From the NCBI GenBank assembly GCA_964252035.1, contig OZ176200.1: a stretch of DNA of 64,000 nt; one strand, 5' to 3'. The position numbers and the translations under genes are program-made. The notes under the pieces are model-generated. The model was not told where the DNA came from, searched no databases, and worked only from the letters and a program-made list of their open reading frames with translations. Positions within the stretch are counted from its first letter, which is position 1. Each line of letters starts with the position of its first letter. Shown here in pieces: positions 1 through 14,135 of this stretch. This stretch comes from Podarcis erhardii (taxonomy: Eukaryota).

Positions 1-3000
1 ATTTGGACTCTCATCATATTTGCTGTCATCTAGTGTGTAACACAACATAAAGAGTAACCAGAAGATTTACAATCCAAAGATGAAGATTTTACTTTGCCAT
101 GGTGAATTCACTTCATAAAACAGAGAGAGAACAATTCAGTAGAAAATGTTGGCAGACCTCTCGGGAGTAACAGGGCACATTAATTTATATGACATGCTGC
201 CCTGTTTCTCTTATAGAGGCCCATAGGAGGAGTTTGCTACCCTGAGCTTTTACTTAGGTCCCTAATGAAAATAAAAATGTTTTCAGCCCATTAGTTGGGC
301 ACTTTAAACTATCATGCATGCCTTTCTTTGTATGTCCACCTCTCACCCCTGCAATTTTTTTAAAAAAACAAATATTACCTCTAAGTATATATGACTAATA
401 CGATTCAAAATTTATAAGATGCAATTGAAACAGCACAAGTGACACACACTTCAGTGTGCTGTTATTGGGTGCAATGGACACCCTAAAGCACACAAAAGTC
501 AAGAATCATACTGCTGCTATTGCAGCCTTTTGTACAAGCAATATTATGATGTGTTCTAGTTAGTGCATTTTTCAATGCAAAAAGTGAATGTTTCATGGGA
601 ACAAAACCCCTTAAGTCCCTACTGGTTTTTTCATGGATTTGTTTGCTTCTGCTGTGTGTGCTTTTCTACAGCCCCAACAAACTGCTGCTATATGGCCATT
701 TTTAGGGCTTCTCTCTAGCTAGCCAAATCAGGAGTCACTCAGGGCAAACAAAAGCATGTCTTCACTGTCTTTACTCTGAAGGGGTGGGTGAGAAAGGAGA
801 AACTATAATGTGGATCAGAGAGCCAAAGGAAAGGAGAGACTATGATTTGTATCAGAGATCCTGTGAGCAGAACTTTGTTCATGGGCTGTGCCTACTTGCA
901 GAAAGGATATTTTCAGATCCCCCTTCACTGCCCCCAAAAATCTCAAGAGCTGTCTGACCCCCCTCACCATGGTGGGGCAGGGGCAAGCAAGACTGTAGAG
1001 TCCAACTCCACCTTTCTGCAGTTTCACACTTAGAGTTAAGTAACGTGAGAGGGGAGTCAGGATCAGGGTTGTAGCCTGGGTAGGCTAAAAACAGCAGCAT
1101 TTATGCAGTGCACTCTTTGTTAGATGAGATTATGTAATCCATAATGATTTAAAGATCTAATGTCCTCCAGGCACTGCCACCTACCCCATGTGTGGCCCCT
1201 GAAATGGTCAGTTCTGTATCTGGCTGTTAGTCAATTGAAAGAAAGGAGTTGTTAACATTTAAACACCACAGAATCAGATGGCTTAAAACAAGGTAAAAAA
1301 GCATGTCATTTTGGCAAAACAGTCAAGGCAGCAAAAAACCATGAATAGTGCCAGGAAAGGCCAATTGTCAAAAAAATTGGCTAAATGTCCTTCTGTTTCA
1401 GACAATAGCTTATAAAGAAATTAAGAGTCAGTTAAACTAATTCACTTTAGAGGAGCTTGCCATCATAAGGCTGACAGAATTCCAGTAGTTCAATAGTGAG
1501 ACACAGAAACTGTCGATGGTCCCTCAAGCAATTAATTTTCTTCCAGCTCTTCACAACTGCATTTCAAGAAGTATTTGCAGGATCCTACCCACACTTACCA
1601 GGTAATGCCCAAACAAAACAGTGCTGCCACATCCTAAGCCTTATCAGAAAGTTGAAAATAGTGACCCACTAAGAGAGAAAACACTAAGCAATATTTTAAT
1701 TACGTGCTTCATAATAACTACTAAAAAAACATTAAACTCAAACTAATCACACTTGTTACCTAACTCAGATTTAGACTTCTGTAGGTGCAGAGTGAAATAT
1801 TTAGTTCATTATCTATATACAATGTATACTAGAAATAGCTGCTTACATAAAACAAAAGTCTAGGGTCCAATTCTTACATGCAAACAGTGACATGGAGGCT
1901 GTTCAAAACTCACAAGTTTATATAGTCTTCCAGATGGGTCAAACAAAAATAAGACGATATGGGAAACTGATATACATATTTAAACAAACAAAGTCCTCAA
2001 CTCCTGGTTTGTAGCCTGACCTGAAGTGGGTTGCAAATGGAAGTTAGGGATGGGGTGCTGGTCATGGGCACAAACAATCAATATGGTAGTAGTAGAATGT
2101 GTGTAGAATAAAAGCTCCCCCCACTTGAAAATAGCTTCCAGACAGTCTTGAAGAAGCTGGCCTTTCAAAATTGTTAGGAAAAGGGTATGTTACACTTGAC
2201 TGTAGCACCTTCTGCATACAGGATAGCCAGAACAAGCTTCTAAAAAGGGATATTGTTAAGACAGAGAAGGCACAGAAAATGACCATTTAAATAATGACAA
2301 GGATGGAACAATTCTGCTGTTGAGGAAAAGTTACAACAGGGGTAGCTAACATGATATTCTGGATGTTTTGGAGCACAGCTCTAATCAAACCCGGCCAGCA
2401 TGGGTAAAACACTATACTATTTTAATATCCAAATTTATTGTGGTTTGGAAATTTTTTTAATGGAGAGCAATTTTCATAGTAAACGTGAGAATGCAATTCA
2501 TACCTAGAATCCAATCTTAAGTGAGTGCAATCAAGAGAAAGGCAATTGTAGTTGGTTTCAGTGGAATTAATTTCAATGGACTCAGTTCATACAGACATTT
2601 CTTTAAGACAAGGTCCTTTTAATAAAATGAACTGGGAAGCTCTTCTGGGCATGAGTAGGAACTCCCATACCCATAAAGCAAATGTTATCAGGACATTAGT
2701 AGTTAGGATCAGGGTATTAATCCTTTGATTTAGCTACAAAACAGATCTTATTGAAATAACTTGTGAATATGTTCCTATGTGCTTGGTCATCCCATCCGTT
2801 AGGGGGAGGGGGGGAAAACAAATAGGGAGAATGCAAATTTGCAATGCACAAAGTGTACAGTGTACAGTGTTTACATAGGATAAGAATTATCTAGCCAGAT
2901 CTACTACCATGCAGCGGATTTTACGTTCTTTGGGGGATTCTAGGTGTGTTTTTCAAAAGGCCATTCATGAAACTATATTAGAGGTGTCTGGCTTCTATTA

Positions 3001-3635
3001 ATGTTATGTCCTTTGACATCCAGTCAGAGAAAGATAAAAGATGGCATTAACTTCTCACAGTGGAGTGAAATGAACATGTTAAAAGAAATGAGCAAATACT
3101 AAATAGATGTGCAATGCAAGGTGACCCAGTCGACTTTAACAGAGTACCAAAATATAATCAAATAAAACCTATGATCTTTAGACTGGAAAAATGGTGAGCC
3201 AGGAAGGCAAACACAATTTTTAAATCTGCAAAGACCAACTGAAATAAATCATGCATAAATTGTAACATGCAGCTGAGTCCGCTACAACCACTTGATCCTT
3301 GCAAGGGCATCAATATTGAAAGGGTGAGCTTGAGTCAGGGTGAGCTCAGCTTTCCTTGGAACATCATCCCTCCTGCTACTCACTCTCTCCAGATTATACA
3401 AACCACAGAAGCATCAATGCAAACAATCTATTATATACAAAGTGAAACTGCACTCTATTTCCCTCCATCACTCTCTGTCTAGTAAGCCAAACAGCTAGCT
3501 GTTTTGTTGAAGATAGCCACCAGCAAACCTGTTTGAAACTGGGAATGGGCCTTCTTCTGCCCAAAAGCACCATTCTTAGATTCACCTACTTTTTAAGCTT
3601 ATTTAAAATTTATCCTTTGCTTTTCTATTAAAATA

Positions 3636-3877
3636 CAGTGGTACCTTGGGTTACATATGCTTCAGGTTACATAAGCTTCAGGTTACAGACTCCGCTAACC
3701 CAGAAATATTACCTTGGGTTAAGAACTTTGCTTCAGGATGAGAACAGAAATCGTGCTCCGGTGGCGCGGCAGCAGCAGGAGGCCCCATTAGCTAAAGTGG
3801 TGCTTCAGGTTAAGAACAGTTTCAGGTTAAGAACGGACCTCCAGAACGAATTAAGTACTTAACCCGAGGTACCACTG
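3636..3877. mobile_element. Tc1/mariner (pogo/Tigger-like) MITE
   Basis: 18-bp TIR CAGTGGTACCT(T/C)GGGTTA at both ends, flanked by TA on both sides (3634-3635, 3878-3879). Internal repeated TTCAGGTTA motifs. Confidence 0.9.
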
Positions 3878-6800
3878 TAATAACCCAAAGGGCTTAAAAA
3901 ATAAATACAGCAAAGTATGTCAAGAAAATGTTCCCATTCAATTGAATGGAAAACACAACATCAATTAAGACAAGAGAGGCAGCCACACTAAAACTTCAAA
4001 AGAAACATAAATAAACATCAGTTCTGAAGGATAGCCCTACCATTGTGCAGAACAAGGTGACTACCTGGAGTCAGGGTACAGTGGAGAGGGCAGAGATGGG
4101 TATGCTATGGCACCTATCCTTTGTCCCCTAAGTAAGTCTGTTGTTCTCGGATGCAGCGAAAGAAAGATACTGTCCTGTCACCAGTGTTGAATTAACTGTG
4201 ACACATGTGTTGGTAACCTCACATTTGGACTATTGTAATGTGTTCTGTGTGGGGCTATTCTCTTGCAGTTAGTGCAGAACACTGCAGCCCTTATCAGGTA
4301 CATATCACACTAATGCCCTCAATAATTCTGAACCTGAAAAACCATATTCCCCTCCACTGCCCAGTAAGTTTTGCCACAACCTGATTAGGTTGTGGTAACA
4401 TGGAGGCTGGCTTTTTCACTAGTGGTATCAGTGTTTTGGAATGCCCTCCTTGCTAAAATACAAGAAACTCCATCAGTATTGACATCCCACCAGCTCTTAA
4501 AGACACAAGAGTACTCATAAAGTACTCCTCTCCACCTGCACATCAAGCAAAAATATCAGCTCAAGTAATACCCCCAAACTATGGAACTGCCGCTTCAGAG
4601 GTAGTTCAACCCTATCCAGAACAGATTGGATCCATTTCCAAATCTCCAGAACAGTTGATCAACTACCTTGTCTGACTAACTTTAGGATTTGTTCACTCTC
4701 ATCCACCCCATCTACACTGGAAAATTTCCATGTGATAGCAAGCAGTCCTGGCAACTACCAGCAGACTTTGCATGCAATGGCAATTATTCATATAGTAATC
4801 TGCTCTAGATATTAACAGCCCCAGTATGACAAATATGGGAGATATCCAATGCCCTCATTTCATTACCACAAGATTTCCATTTGTGCAACAGAACCCTTCC
4901 TTCCTCTCTCCAAATCTATTTTAGAAGGTTGGGTGAACCCCCAGAACAGATTTAAAGGGAGGATTAAGGAGAAGAGAGGAGAGGAGGAGAGGAGAGACAA
5001 AGTTCCATTGAACAGGCATGGCTGGGCAAGATTGATAAATAGTCTGACTTTGTATAAGGCAGCTGCCTATGTTCCTAAATACTATCCCAACACAAACTAG
5101 ACAGCCATGTGCAATCAAAAGGTCCTAGAATGCTCATCATTTGCCTGCTGCCATGCGGGGGGGTGGGGGTGGTTAGAATGAATTGGAAAGTATTTGTGTA
5201 AAATATTTTGAAGGCACAGGGTGCTTGAAGAGCTCTGCTAAAGAGAATAAAATACATACTATGTTGAAACTGCATACCAAAGATATCTAAAGATTGCATT
5301 CAGGCTTCAAGTACTTCTTAACCTCTCCAACCAGATTCATGTCACCAAGAATATAACTTAATAGACTGAGAAGTTATATCTAAAAGGGAAAACTGCATCT
5401 TTACATTATAGGATGGTAATAAAATCCCATAGCAATTATCCCATTGTTATGCTCAAAATAGGTACACTCTTTCATGCCTTAATTTTATGTTTTGCTTTGC
5501 CCTGTGCTAAAAGCACCAACATAATTATGCCCTCCAAGGTCCTTGCAAAATCTGCTCAGAGTGATTATTTGACTCTCTTTTTATTTGTGGAAAGTAGCTA
5601 ATATTGTTTCAGGCTTTTTATCAAAATAAATGCATGATTGGCTTTAACCATTTCCCCCCCTATTATTGTTTAAAAAACGAGTTTGCTAATAGATGAAAGA
5701 GAAGAAGGTTAAATACTTTAATTTCCAACTTGCACACGCATGCATTGTAAAGAGTTTCTCATTTTGTGTAATTTAGGCACAACCACAGGACATAAATGAT
5801 AATGTAAAAAAATAAAAACCCATCAAAAAAGGAACATGATGGTGTATATTACATGTGAATATGATTTCTGATTAATAATGGTGATTCAAATATATTATTC
5901 CCATTTAGAAGATACAATTGCAAGCTATTTTTATTTTTATGAATGCTTATGTGAAATAGTTTTAAATTTATCTTTACCGTAAACCTAGAGCCTAAATCAT
6001 CATTCAACTGTTGCAACATCATTCAAATATATAGTGCTGTTTTTTATATTAGTAATTAAGCCCATTCTATTTCATCATTCAAAATGTTTGAAAACTATTT
6101 ATAATTCCCATTTAGAAAACCATGCCTAGGCAGCCACTCTAATTCATTTCACAGATTTCAAAATAAAGTTTCCAAATATGGATCTGGAACCTTCCTACAT
6201 ATCTTTCTATGAATCCTTACATTAAGTCTGGTACTTATGTGAACACCATTAGTTCATATTTCTCACTTAAAGCACAGTCAGCCAGCTCAATCATTTGCTT
6301 GCCTTTCAGGCTTACTTTGCAGGTTCTCGGTCTAAATGGTGTTGCAACCAAGCATCAAAAGCAATGGGTAAAGGGATGGTTGCAATTCCGAGCACTCAGT
6401 ATTACAGGATCTTTCTCTTGGACCAGCACTTCATTAAATTGCCCCTCCCCTATTGGCCATGTCCAGACCAGATCAGCTTTAAACATAAATATAGGTACTT
6501 TAGTCCATTGACTTCAATTTGTATAGAGTAAGGCAAAACAACATAACGCTACTATCATAAATATGAAAATGATGGGGTGTTAATGTCTTACAGAAAAATC
6601 ACAATGGAAATCTGTTATACTTGTAAATCAAAAACGCATGTTCCTAGTTCCATTTGCTTGGCTTACAGCTGCCTTGTAAAGTGCTTCCGACAGATGTCAG
6701 ATGGCATTGCCAGATGTCTATTTCTTCACATCTCAAAGCAATGCATATTAGTTAATGAAATGTTACTTCTCGCACTTATCTGTGCATTCAGAAACACTCA

Positions 6801-7249
6801 CATGTGTTTGTATAGGCTATGGGAGAACTGTAATGCAGGGCTGTATAACCTAAATGACCTCAAGGGCCATTCCACTTTTTGAAGGGCCAAGGACTGCAAC
6901 CGTAATTTTATCGCCAAAATTGTCAGTTCCACCTCAGCTTAATGCACATTAATCTCTTTATCACTTTAATTTGTCCTTAGCTACTTTGGCATGTGAATTT
7001 GTCCAGTCCATAATACACCATCAAGCACCAGTTCTATAGGAAATTATTTTCTGTCTTGGAATGCTAACTGGGCATGTGCAGGTCTGCAGGGTTCCTGTGA
7101 AGTTTTAGTGTTTTCAAGAGTTTTCAAGAAGGGATAGCAGCTGGGAATTGTAGTTTCCAGAGCTCTGTGTGCCTGAGATGACGTTATGAGCATGTGCATG
7201 GCACCCTAAAACATGTTCTTACCTAAGCATCTGAGATCTTTACCAAGTA

Positions 7250-7453
7250 CAGTGGTACCTCCGGTCGTGGACAGGATCCATTCCGGAGCTCTTGTCGGAT
7301 CCCAAGGTTTCCGCAACCGGAGGTGCCTGTTCTGCGCACATGTGCGGCGCGATAGAGCGCTTCTGCGCATGCGTGCAGCGAAACCTGGAAATATATTTCT
7401 GGGTTTGCTGAAGGATACATAACAAGAGGCGCACGTAAGTAGAGGTACCACTG
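7250..7453. mobile_element. Tc1/mariner (pogo/Tigger-like) MITE, second family
   Basis: Perfect 12-bp TIR CAGTGGTACCTC, TA TSD (7248-7249, 7454-7455), CpG-rich interior unrelated to the 3636 element. Confidence 0.9.
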
Positions 7454-7696
7454 TACTCTGTTGCCTTGTGAACAGCGTTTTTTGCTTTAGTATATTAAAC
7501 ATGGAAGGGTATTATTCCGACAGCCAGACATGTGTGAAGTAAATACATTTCCAAATATTAATAAGGTTGGGGAAAAAAGAAGTATCTCATAACCAAATAA
7601 AATCTCCAGGTCTTGACCAGGAAACAAACTTATAGTATAGGCATGGTTGTGTAAAAAGCACAGACTGCAAAGCAGCTAATACACAGTATTGAAGAG

Positions 7697-7880
7697 GAAT
7701 CACAGAATTGTAGAGTTGGAAGGGACCCCAGGGGCCATCTAGTCCAACCCACTACAATGCAAGAATCTCAACTAAAGCAGCTGTGACAGACGGCCATCCA
7801 ACCTTTGTTTAAAATCTCCAATGAAGGGGACTCCACCTCCTTCCAAAGGAGTCTGTCCCACTGTTGAGCAGCTCTTACTG
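7697..7880 (-). mobile_element. CR1 LINE 3' end fragment
   Basis: gaatcacagaattgtagagttggaagggacccc...catctagtccaaccc is the typical reverse-complemented CR1 3' terminus of sauropsids. Confidence 0.75.
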
Positions 7881-10800
7881 ATGTTTAGTTGGAGAATATT
7901 TGAGACTTTGCCTTCTTGATTTTTTAACAACCTGTGCTCAGTTATTTGACTTAAATACACAGTCAAATTAGTGAAATTAGTGGATCACAGTCAAATTAGT
8001 GAAGTCCATTGATTTCATTGGATCTAATCTGAGAATGCCTTGCTTGACTACAACCCTTAATATTTATTTTGGTTGTTCTGAGAGGATTGTATATTTAAAA
8101 GATTCTAGATTTTTATGAGAGATGGCTAAGAATGTTAGAGGAACAATACATTTTTTGGATTAGAAGACCAAGCCAAACACACACACACCCCACACATACT
8201 CTGAGGTTTAATACACCCGGTTTTGCTGCTTGCCTTAACACTGACTTAACACTGGCTGTGGGTTTGGGTGTAAGTCAGATCAGTTTTCATGGCCTACAGA
8301 CTGATAGGATAACTTCTGGTACAATAAAGTACTGTACTACTTATGCATCAGCTAAGAGAAAGCAAAAGGAAGACACCTTTATAAATACTTCTGCTAATTT
8401 ATATGAGTAGGTGCTGATTTAAAAATAATTACTTTTAAGTAGACATATAATACATCTGACGGCAACTTCAAGGCCACAGCTCTCTCAGACTTGGATTCAA
8501 AGACCTTCATACAGGCAACTTCTGTAGAATAGGGCACATGGCCACCAAAGAGTGATGAGATAGGAATTCAATTAGAATGAAGCTCAAGGACCATCATTTG
8601 GAAACCTCTGCTCTAGGGGATGCAATCATGTGACTAACGCAGCTGGATACAAGACTTCATTTCCAAAACTAGGTAAGAGAATAAGAACAAAACCATTTCA
8701 ATTGAAAAGCTTTTATTATACGGTGCTCAACTTTTCACTGAAGGTTAGAGAGACTTTTCTTGAATTCAGTAGTCCTACTTAAGGATAACAAAATCTTATC
8801 ATTGTTAAGGACCTCAGAAATTACAGCACTACATGATAAACTGCTCTGTCTCTGTTTTATATTAATACTTCATACATATAAGCTGCTCTAAATTTAATGC
8901 TCTTGTAAGGAAGGTTAAATACTACAAAACTTCCATACAGCAAAAGCCTGGAACTCTTAATGCATCAGATTTTCTACTTGGTGATTGTTCAGATGGTATT
9001 ACATCTTAATGGATTCCTTTTTAAAGAACTAGATTGTGATTAATTGCAGTGCATGATTATGTACATGAAAAGGATTGGTCTGAACCTTTGCCCTAACCAT
9101 ACACCAGGGTAAAAGGAAGTTATAAAAAGGTGATGATTTAATCATTTTACTGAAATAAAACTGTGACATCTTAGCAGACACAAACAATCCTATTTATGTG
9201 TTAAATGAACACAATTTTTATTGCCCAATGTAAATGCAAGTCATGCACAACAAATCAAGCAGGTGTCTAAAAGGGGAAAACATTCTTTTGAGCATTAACC
9301 CTTGGCAATATTTGTGTTTCCCAAATTAAGCTGGAAATAAGCCAGTTTAGTGTAATGCCTAGAACACTATTTGGACATGGGAAACATCAATGCAAATATC
9401 TACATAGGCATCATTTTTCTAGATAGCTTTGAGCATGTTACCATCTCTCTGCCAAGTTACAGAATTATTGTGAGGATAAAATGGGAGAGACATATATACA
9501 CCAGCCTTAAAGGAGAATAGGATAAAAAGGAGATTGCAAGTGCTCTTTTGTTATTTATTAACACACATAGAGGACATACTCCAGATTTATATGATGACCA
9601 TTAAAATAGACACTACTTGTATAGAAAACTAACATAATTAGAATGTGTGTGTGATTTATTTATTTAGTCTGTGCGCACATGTGTGTGTGCGCACGCGCAC
9701 AAATATACACTCTACAGAAAGCACATGAGAGGACAGCAAAATTGCTTTGTTTTAACATTTACTGCAAACCATGCCAATATTTGGCCACAGTATTATAGCA
9801 GACCTGGGTGCAAGTGCTAATCAAGTGGAAATGCTAGTAGACCTTTATTAGCATTTATTTATAAAATCAAATACTCCTTTTCAAAAAAAAAAAAAAAGCA
9901 TACACAAAATGGTTTTCAATTTTTTTAAGAGTACATCTTTTGAGGGTAGGCTCAATTTGCACAAATTCATATTTGTGTCTAAAAAATAATAAGACTTGGA
10001 CTAATCTCTGCCTGAGATGAAAATTGTTTCCCTAGTCTATCGATTGAGGCCCATATGAATAGACCTATGGCCACCTGAAGGGATCCAGAGCAGATAACAT
10101 TTTGTATGCACCTGATGAGCACTGATCAGAATAGGATTAATGTACAGTATATATATCCCCAGTGCTAGATGCAGCAAAAGTGAAGAAGTCATTTGCCTGT
10201 TAGCCACAAGCTGATTCAAGTACAGATACCAGTTTCAACATATGGATGGCATTTAATAATCAAGTATTTAGACACATACATGAAATAAAATATGATTTGT
10301 GTATCCTGGGATTCGTGTATCCAGGGAGTTCCCACTGGGAAAAAAGAAACCAACTGAGATATTTGCTGTGCATCCAACAATGCAATTCAAATGGACTTGC
10401 TCAAGTTCAATCCTGTTTAGAAGAAGGGAAAAACTGTGGGTACTGTTCCACAGTTAACATTAGACGTAGCCAAAATTGCTTTGTTCCCCATGGGCCCAAT
10501 CTGAAGTCAATAGATGTGTATACAAATGAAGATATGTGAAAGCATTCGTACTAAATTTTAAGATTTCATGGTCTATGTAAATTTGTTACAATTAGCATTT
10601 TCCCCACTTAAAAGCTTTGCAGTAACAAAAAGCCAGGCATGTTTTTTAAAAAATAAAGATGCACATATGATATAGCCTTACTTTTTGAAACAGTGCTTTT
10701 TTCTGGGGTGGAACGTACCCCTTAACATTTTGTGAATCTAAGTTTGACCTCATTGAGGGGCAGTATTTCAATATGAGTAGGAAATATGAGCTTTTTTTAA

Positions 10801-11774
10801 AAAAAAAGCACTGTCCAAAACATTTGGTTAAACAATACATTTTGCTGAACTAACATACTGTTTGTGTAGTGTTATGTCCTTAAAAGGGGCAGGCAAACAA
10901 ACCTTGTGATCATCCATATTCAGAATAAATTTGACTTCACATAGAAATCCTCCTAAATTTAAAGGTGAAAAGGAATGCGGAAAGTAAGCGAAGTCTGATT
11001 GTTTTGGTGGCAGTACTAGGAAAACCAAACAATCTGCCTGACGTCACCAAAATAATTCACCTGACATCATGATGGAGAAGCCAGCCATGAACACCTCGCA
11101 AATTATTATTTTGATCCAGTTGTTAAGAGAGAATTACAGCAAAACCTGCACTTTCCACAGCTATTAAAGCACTGACCCTAGAAGAGCACTCTTTTGTGCT
11201 GAACTTTTTTATATCACCAAGACTATTAATCAGGTGCCAGTTCAACTGATGTGCTTTATATAGTTGACCCCAACCAGTGCCTTAATTACCAGGTATTAAA
11301 TGCTAATTAGGATTCTCTGCATTAAAGTTTAATTTCTAAAAAAAAGGAAAGAGTGAAAAATCTAAAAAGTATTGCGTTCCTTTGTTGTGTGCTACAGCAT
11401 GGATGCAGGAGGATGCAGCAATTTGCTATTGACAAGCATTACAGGAGCAGGTCATTTCACAAGTATAGTGTGGACAAAGGTGAACTGGGCAACTGATGAG
11501 AATCTGTGGCCAAGGCGAAATAGCAATCTCTGAGCCAAACAGTAATAAAGTTACTGAAATGAAGCAATGCAGCTTTTAAAGTGAACTGTCATAAGTGGGA
11601 AATGGGTTTCAGAGTAATTAAAACCAGGGGCGAACCAACCATTAGGCTAAGCAAACTATAGTGTCTGGCCTCTGATAAAGCTATGAGTAGCTTTAATACA
11701 GTGTATGCTCCCCAGTAAATGCTCTTTCAAACATTGCAAAAAATAAGGGATAGATTTAACAGTAATAGAGAGGC

Positions 11775-12554
11775 TACTGGGCAGTTATTTCTCCACAAGG
11801 GCTGACACTGATGCCGAAACGCAGCATTGCCTGAGCTCTGTGAGTGCAGCTTTCTCCCAGTTGAAGTGTTTGAGGAGCGGGACGTTCTCAGGGAAACTGA
11901 AATGCTTGTTTATAAATCTACTGTACTACCAACCTTACTGTATGCTTGTGAAACATGGACCACTTATAAATGCCATCTCCAACTCCTCAAAAGATTCCAT
12001 CAACTGTGTCTCCAAAAATTTTTCCATATCACTTGGGAACACAGGCAAACTAATGCCAGTGTACTGGAAGAAGCAAAGATCACCAGTGTCGAAGCAATGA
12101 TTCTTCAACATCAACTTGGACTGGTCATGTTGTTTAGATGCCTGATTATTGTCTTCCAAAGCAACTACTATATTCCAAACTTAAAATTGGAAAGCGTAAT
12201 GCTGGTGGTCAACAAAAGAGGTTTAAAGACTCTCTCAAGGCAAATCTAAAAAAATGTAGTATAAATGATGACAATTGGGAAACACTGGCTTGCGAGCGCT
12301 CCAATTGGAGAACAGCCTTTGTCATGAACTTTGAAGGCGCTTGAACTTGGGACGAAAGGGAAAAATGTGCTAAGAGGAAGGCACACTTGGCAAACCCTCA
12401 CCATGATCAACTCCCATCCGGAAACCTATGTCCCCACTGTGGAAGGACATGTGCATCCAGAATTGGCCTCCACAGTCACTTACGGACTCACTGTTGCGAC
12501 CATGTTCATGGAAGACAATCTTACTCAGCTACGAGTGATCGCCAAAGAAGAAGA
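11775..12554 (+). mobile_element. 5'-truncated RTE-clade LINE (RT C-terminus plus C2H2 zinc knuckle), frameshifted
   Basis: Translations VYKSTVLPTLLYACETWT..., LPKQLLYSKLKIGKRNAGGQQKRFKDSLK and CPHCGRTCASRIGLHSHLRTH across shifted frames. (GAA)-type tail at 12547-12554. Confidence 0.9.
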
Positions 12555-13218
12555 GCTAGAGTGGAGAATCTTTTCCATTACAGCTACTGCAGCAGCAGCA
12601 GCAGCAAGGTAAACAAGGGAGCTGAAGCAGTACTAAGGGGCAACCAAAGAAGAACCCATATCCTTACCAGACAGAAACACAAAATAATAATCATTCGCAT
12701 CAGCATCTGCCACTCATCTGGCTGGGTTGCCCCAGCTACTCTGGGCAGCTTCCAGAGAACAAAGGCAAGGAACAGTCCCTAACTCAGCTGCTGCTTTGCA
12801 TCTCCCTCTGGTAAGCATATATGGAATACCTTTGCAATCCACCACACCCACCACTCAGTGGGAACTGTAGAGTACCACCTCAGCTGTATGCTTACCTGAC
12901 TGCAGTGCAGCTTTAAAGGAAGGAAAGCCTTCAGGGTTGCCAGATTGGGTACAGTGTGCAAAATGGCATGAACTGAACATACTTTAAGAAAAAAGAAAAT
13001 ATTTTTTCAGCCCTTAAGCAATCCTTAATGAAAAAGAAAAAGGCCCTAATATTTATTAATCTGCCACTTGGCTGAGAAGAAAAATCAAGAACTCTCAGTT
13101 TGTTGAGGTCTAATAATTTTAAAAGGAGACACGCAGTAACTGAATGGATCAGATCGCAACAGCCCCAGTGAAGTGGGCTAGTCACCACAGTGGAAATAAG
13201 CCAAATAGATCAGCCAGC

Positions 13219-13222
<4 letters not shown>

Positions 13223-13249
<27 letters not shown>
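13223..13249. repeat. (CA)n microsatellite
   Basis: Direct reading. Confidence 0.95.
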
Positions 13250-13255
<6 letters not shown>

Positions 13256-14088
13256 AATTATGTTAATTATGTTAACTAAAATATGCAAATTAGCTGTGGC
13301 CCTCTGCATTTTCCAAGGTGACCCTCCGTGCCGAATGCACTGCATATCCAGTGTACTAAAATATGCTGGTAGATGGGCAACTATCTTATCTGCTGAAATT
13401 GGTGAAATATTAAGAATAATGTATTCTTCCATATACAATCAATGAAATATTTTGAATAAAGCATCCAACAGAAACTTGTTCAAAAAGAAAAAAAACCTCC
13501 TACTAGTTAAATTGTATTTAAAGACTGAAATGTTTTCCAAGTGCAAGCATATATACATCAGAATTCTTTACCTTTGCTGAACACCTAAACAGACATCTAA
13601 ATATAAGATGGTGTACAAAATATATGTACTGAGATGAGATTAATCTGTTTAAATCCCATTTTGATTCTGTTTTAAATACCTGAGCTGATATTTTCACATA
13701 ATCTAAATTAAACCAAGGAAAGCAGGTATTAATATAAGAAATTGTCAATTATATTTATAGCCAGTGGAAACAGTAACGTGACAAACATGCTGCTGCTTAA
13801 TTAAGATTTCAATCCTGTACAGAGTTAGAAGCAGAGACGCCTCGGTGATAGATATAAGGAAGAATGAATTTTATACAGGGTTATAGCAAACATAAACAAT
13901 ATTCTCCTTTTCTTTTTAAAAATAGCTAAATAGCTGAATTGATAAGAAAGACAAATACAGATTCTATGACTCTCTTTCCTAGCAACACATATTTCAGCAG
14001 TTAGATATACCAGCTAAATAGTGGGAAATCCTTCCTTGGTGTGCAAATTTGCTCTCTTTAAGACTTGATCATCCATGAATGTATTAAA

Positions 14089-14135
14089 TGCATACACACA
14101 CACACACACACACACACATGCGTGTGTGTGTGTGT
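14089..14135. repeat. (CA)n-TGCG-(TG)n compound microsatellite
   Basis: Direct reading; alternating purine-pyrimidine and self-complementary. Confidence 0.95.

Noticed and set aside
7958-8003. 18-bp direct repeat cacagtcaaattagtgaa x2
   Set aside because: Looks like a local slippage duplication at the edge of a decayed palindromic repeat; no spacer-array structure, so not CRISPR-like.
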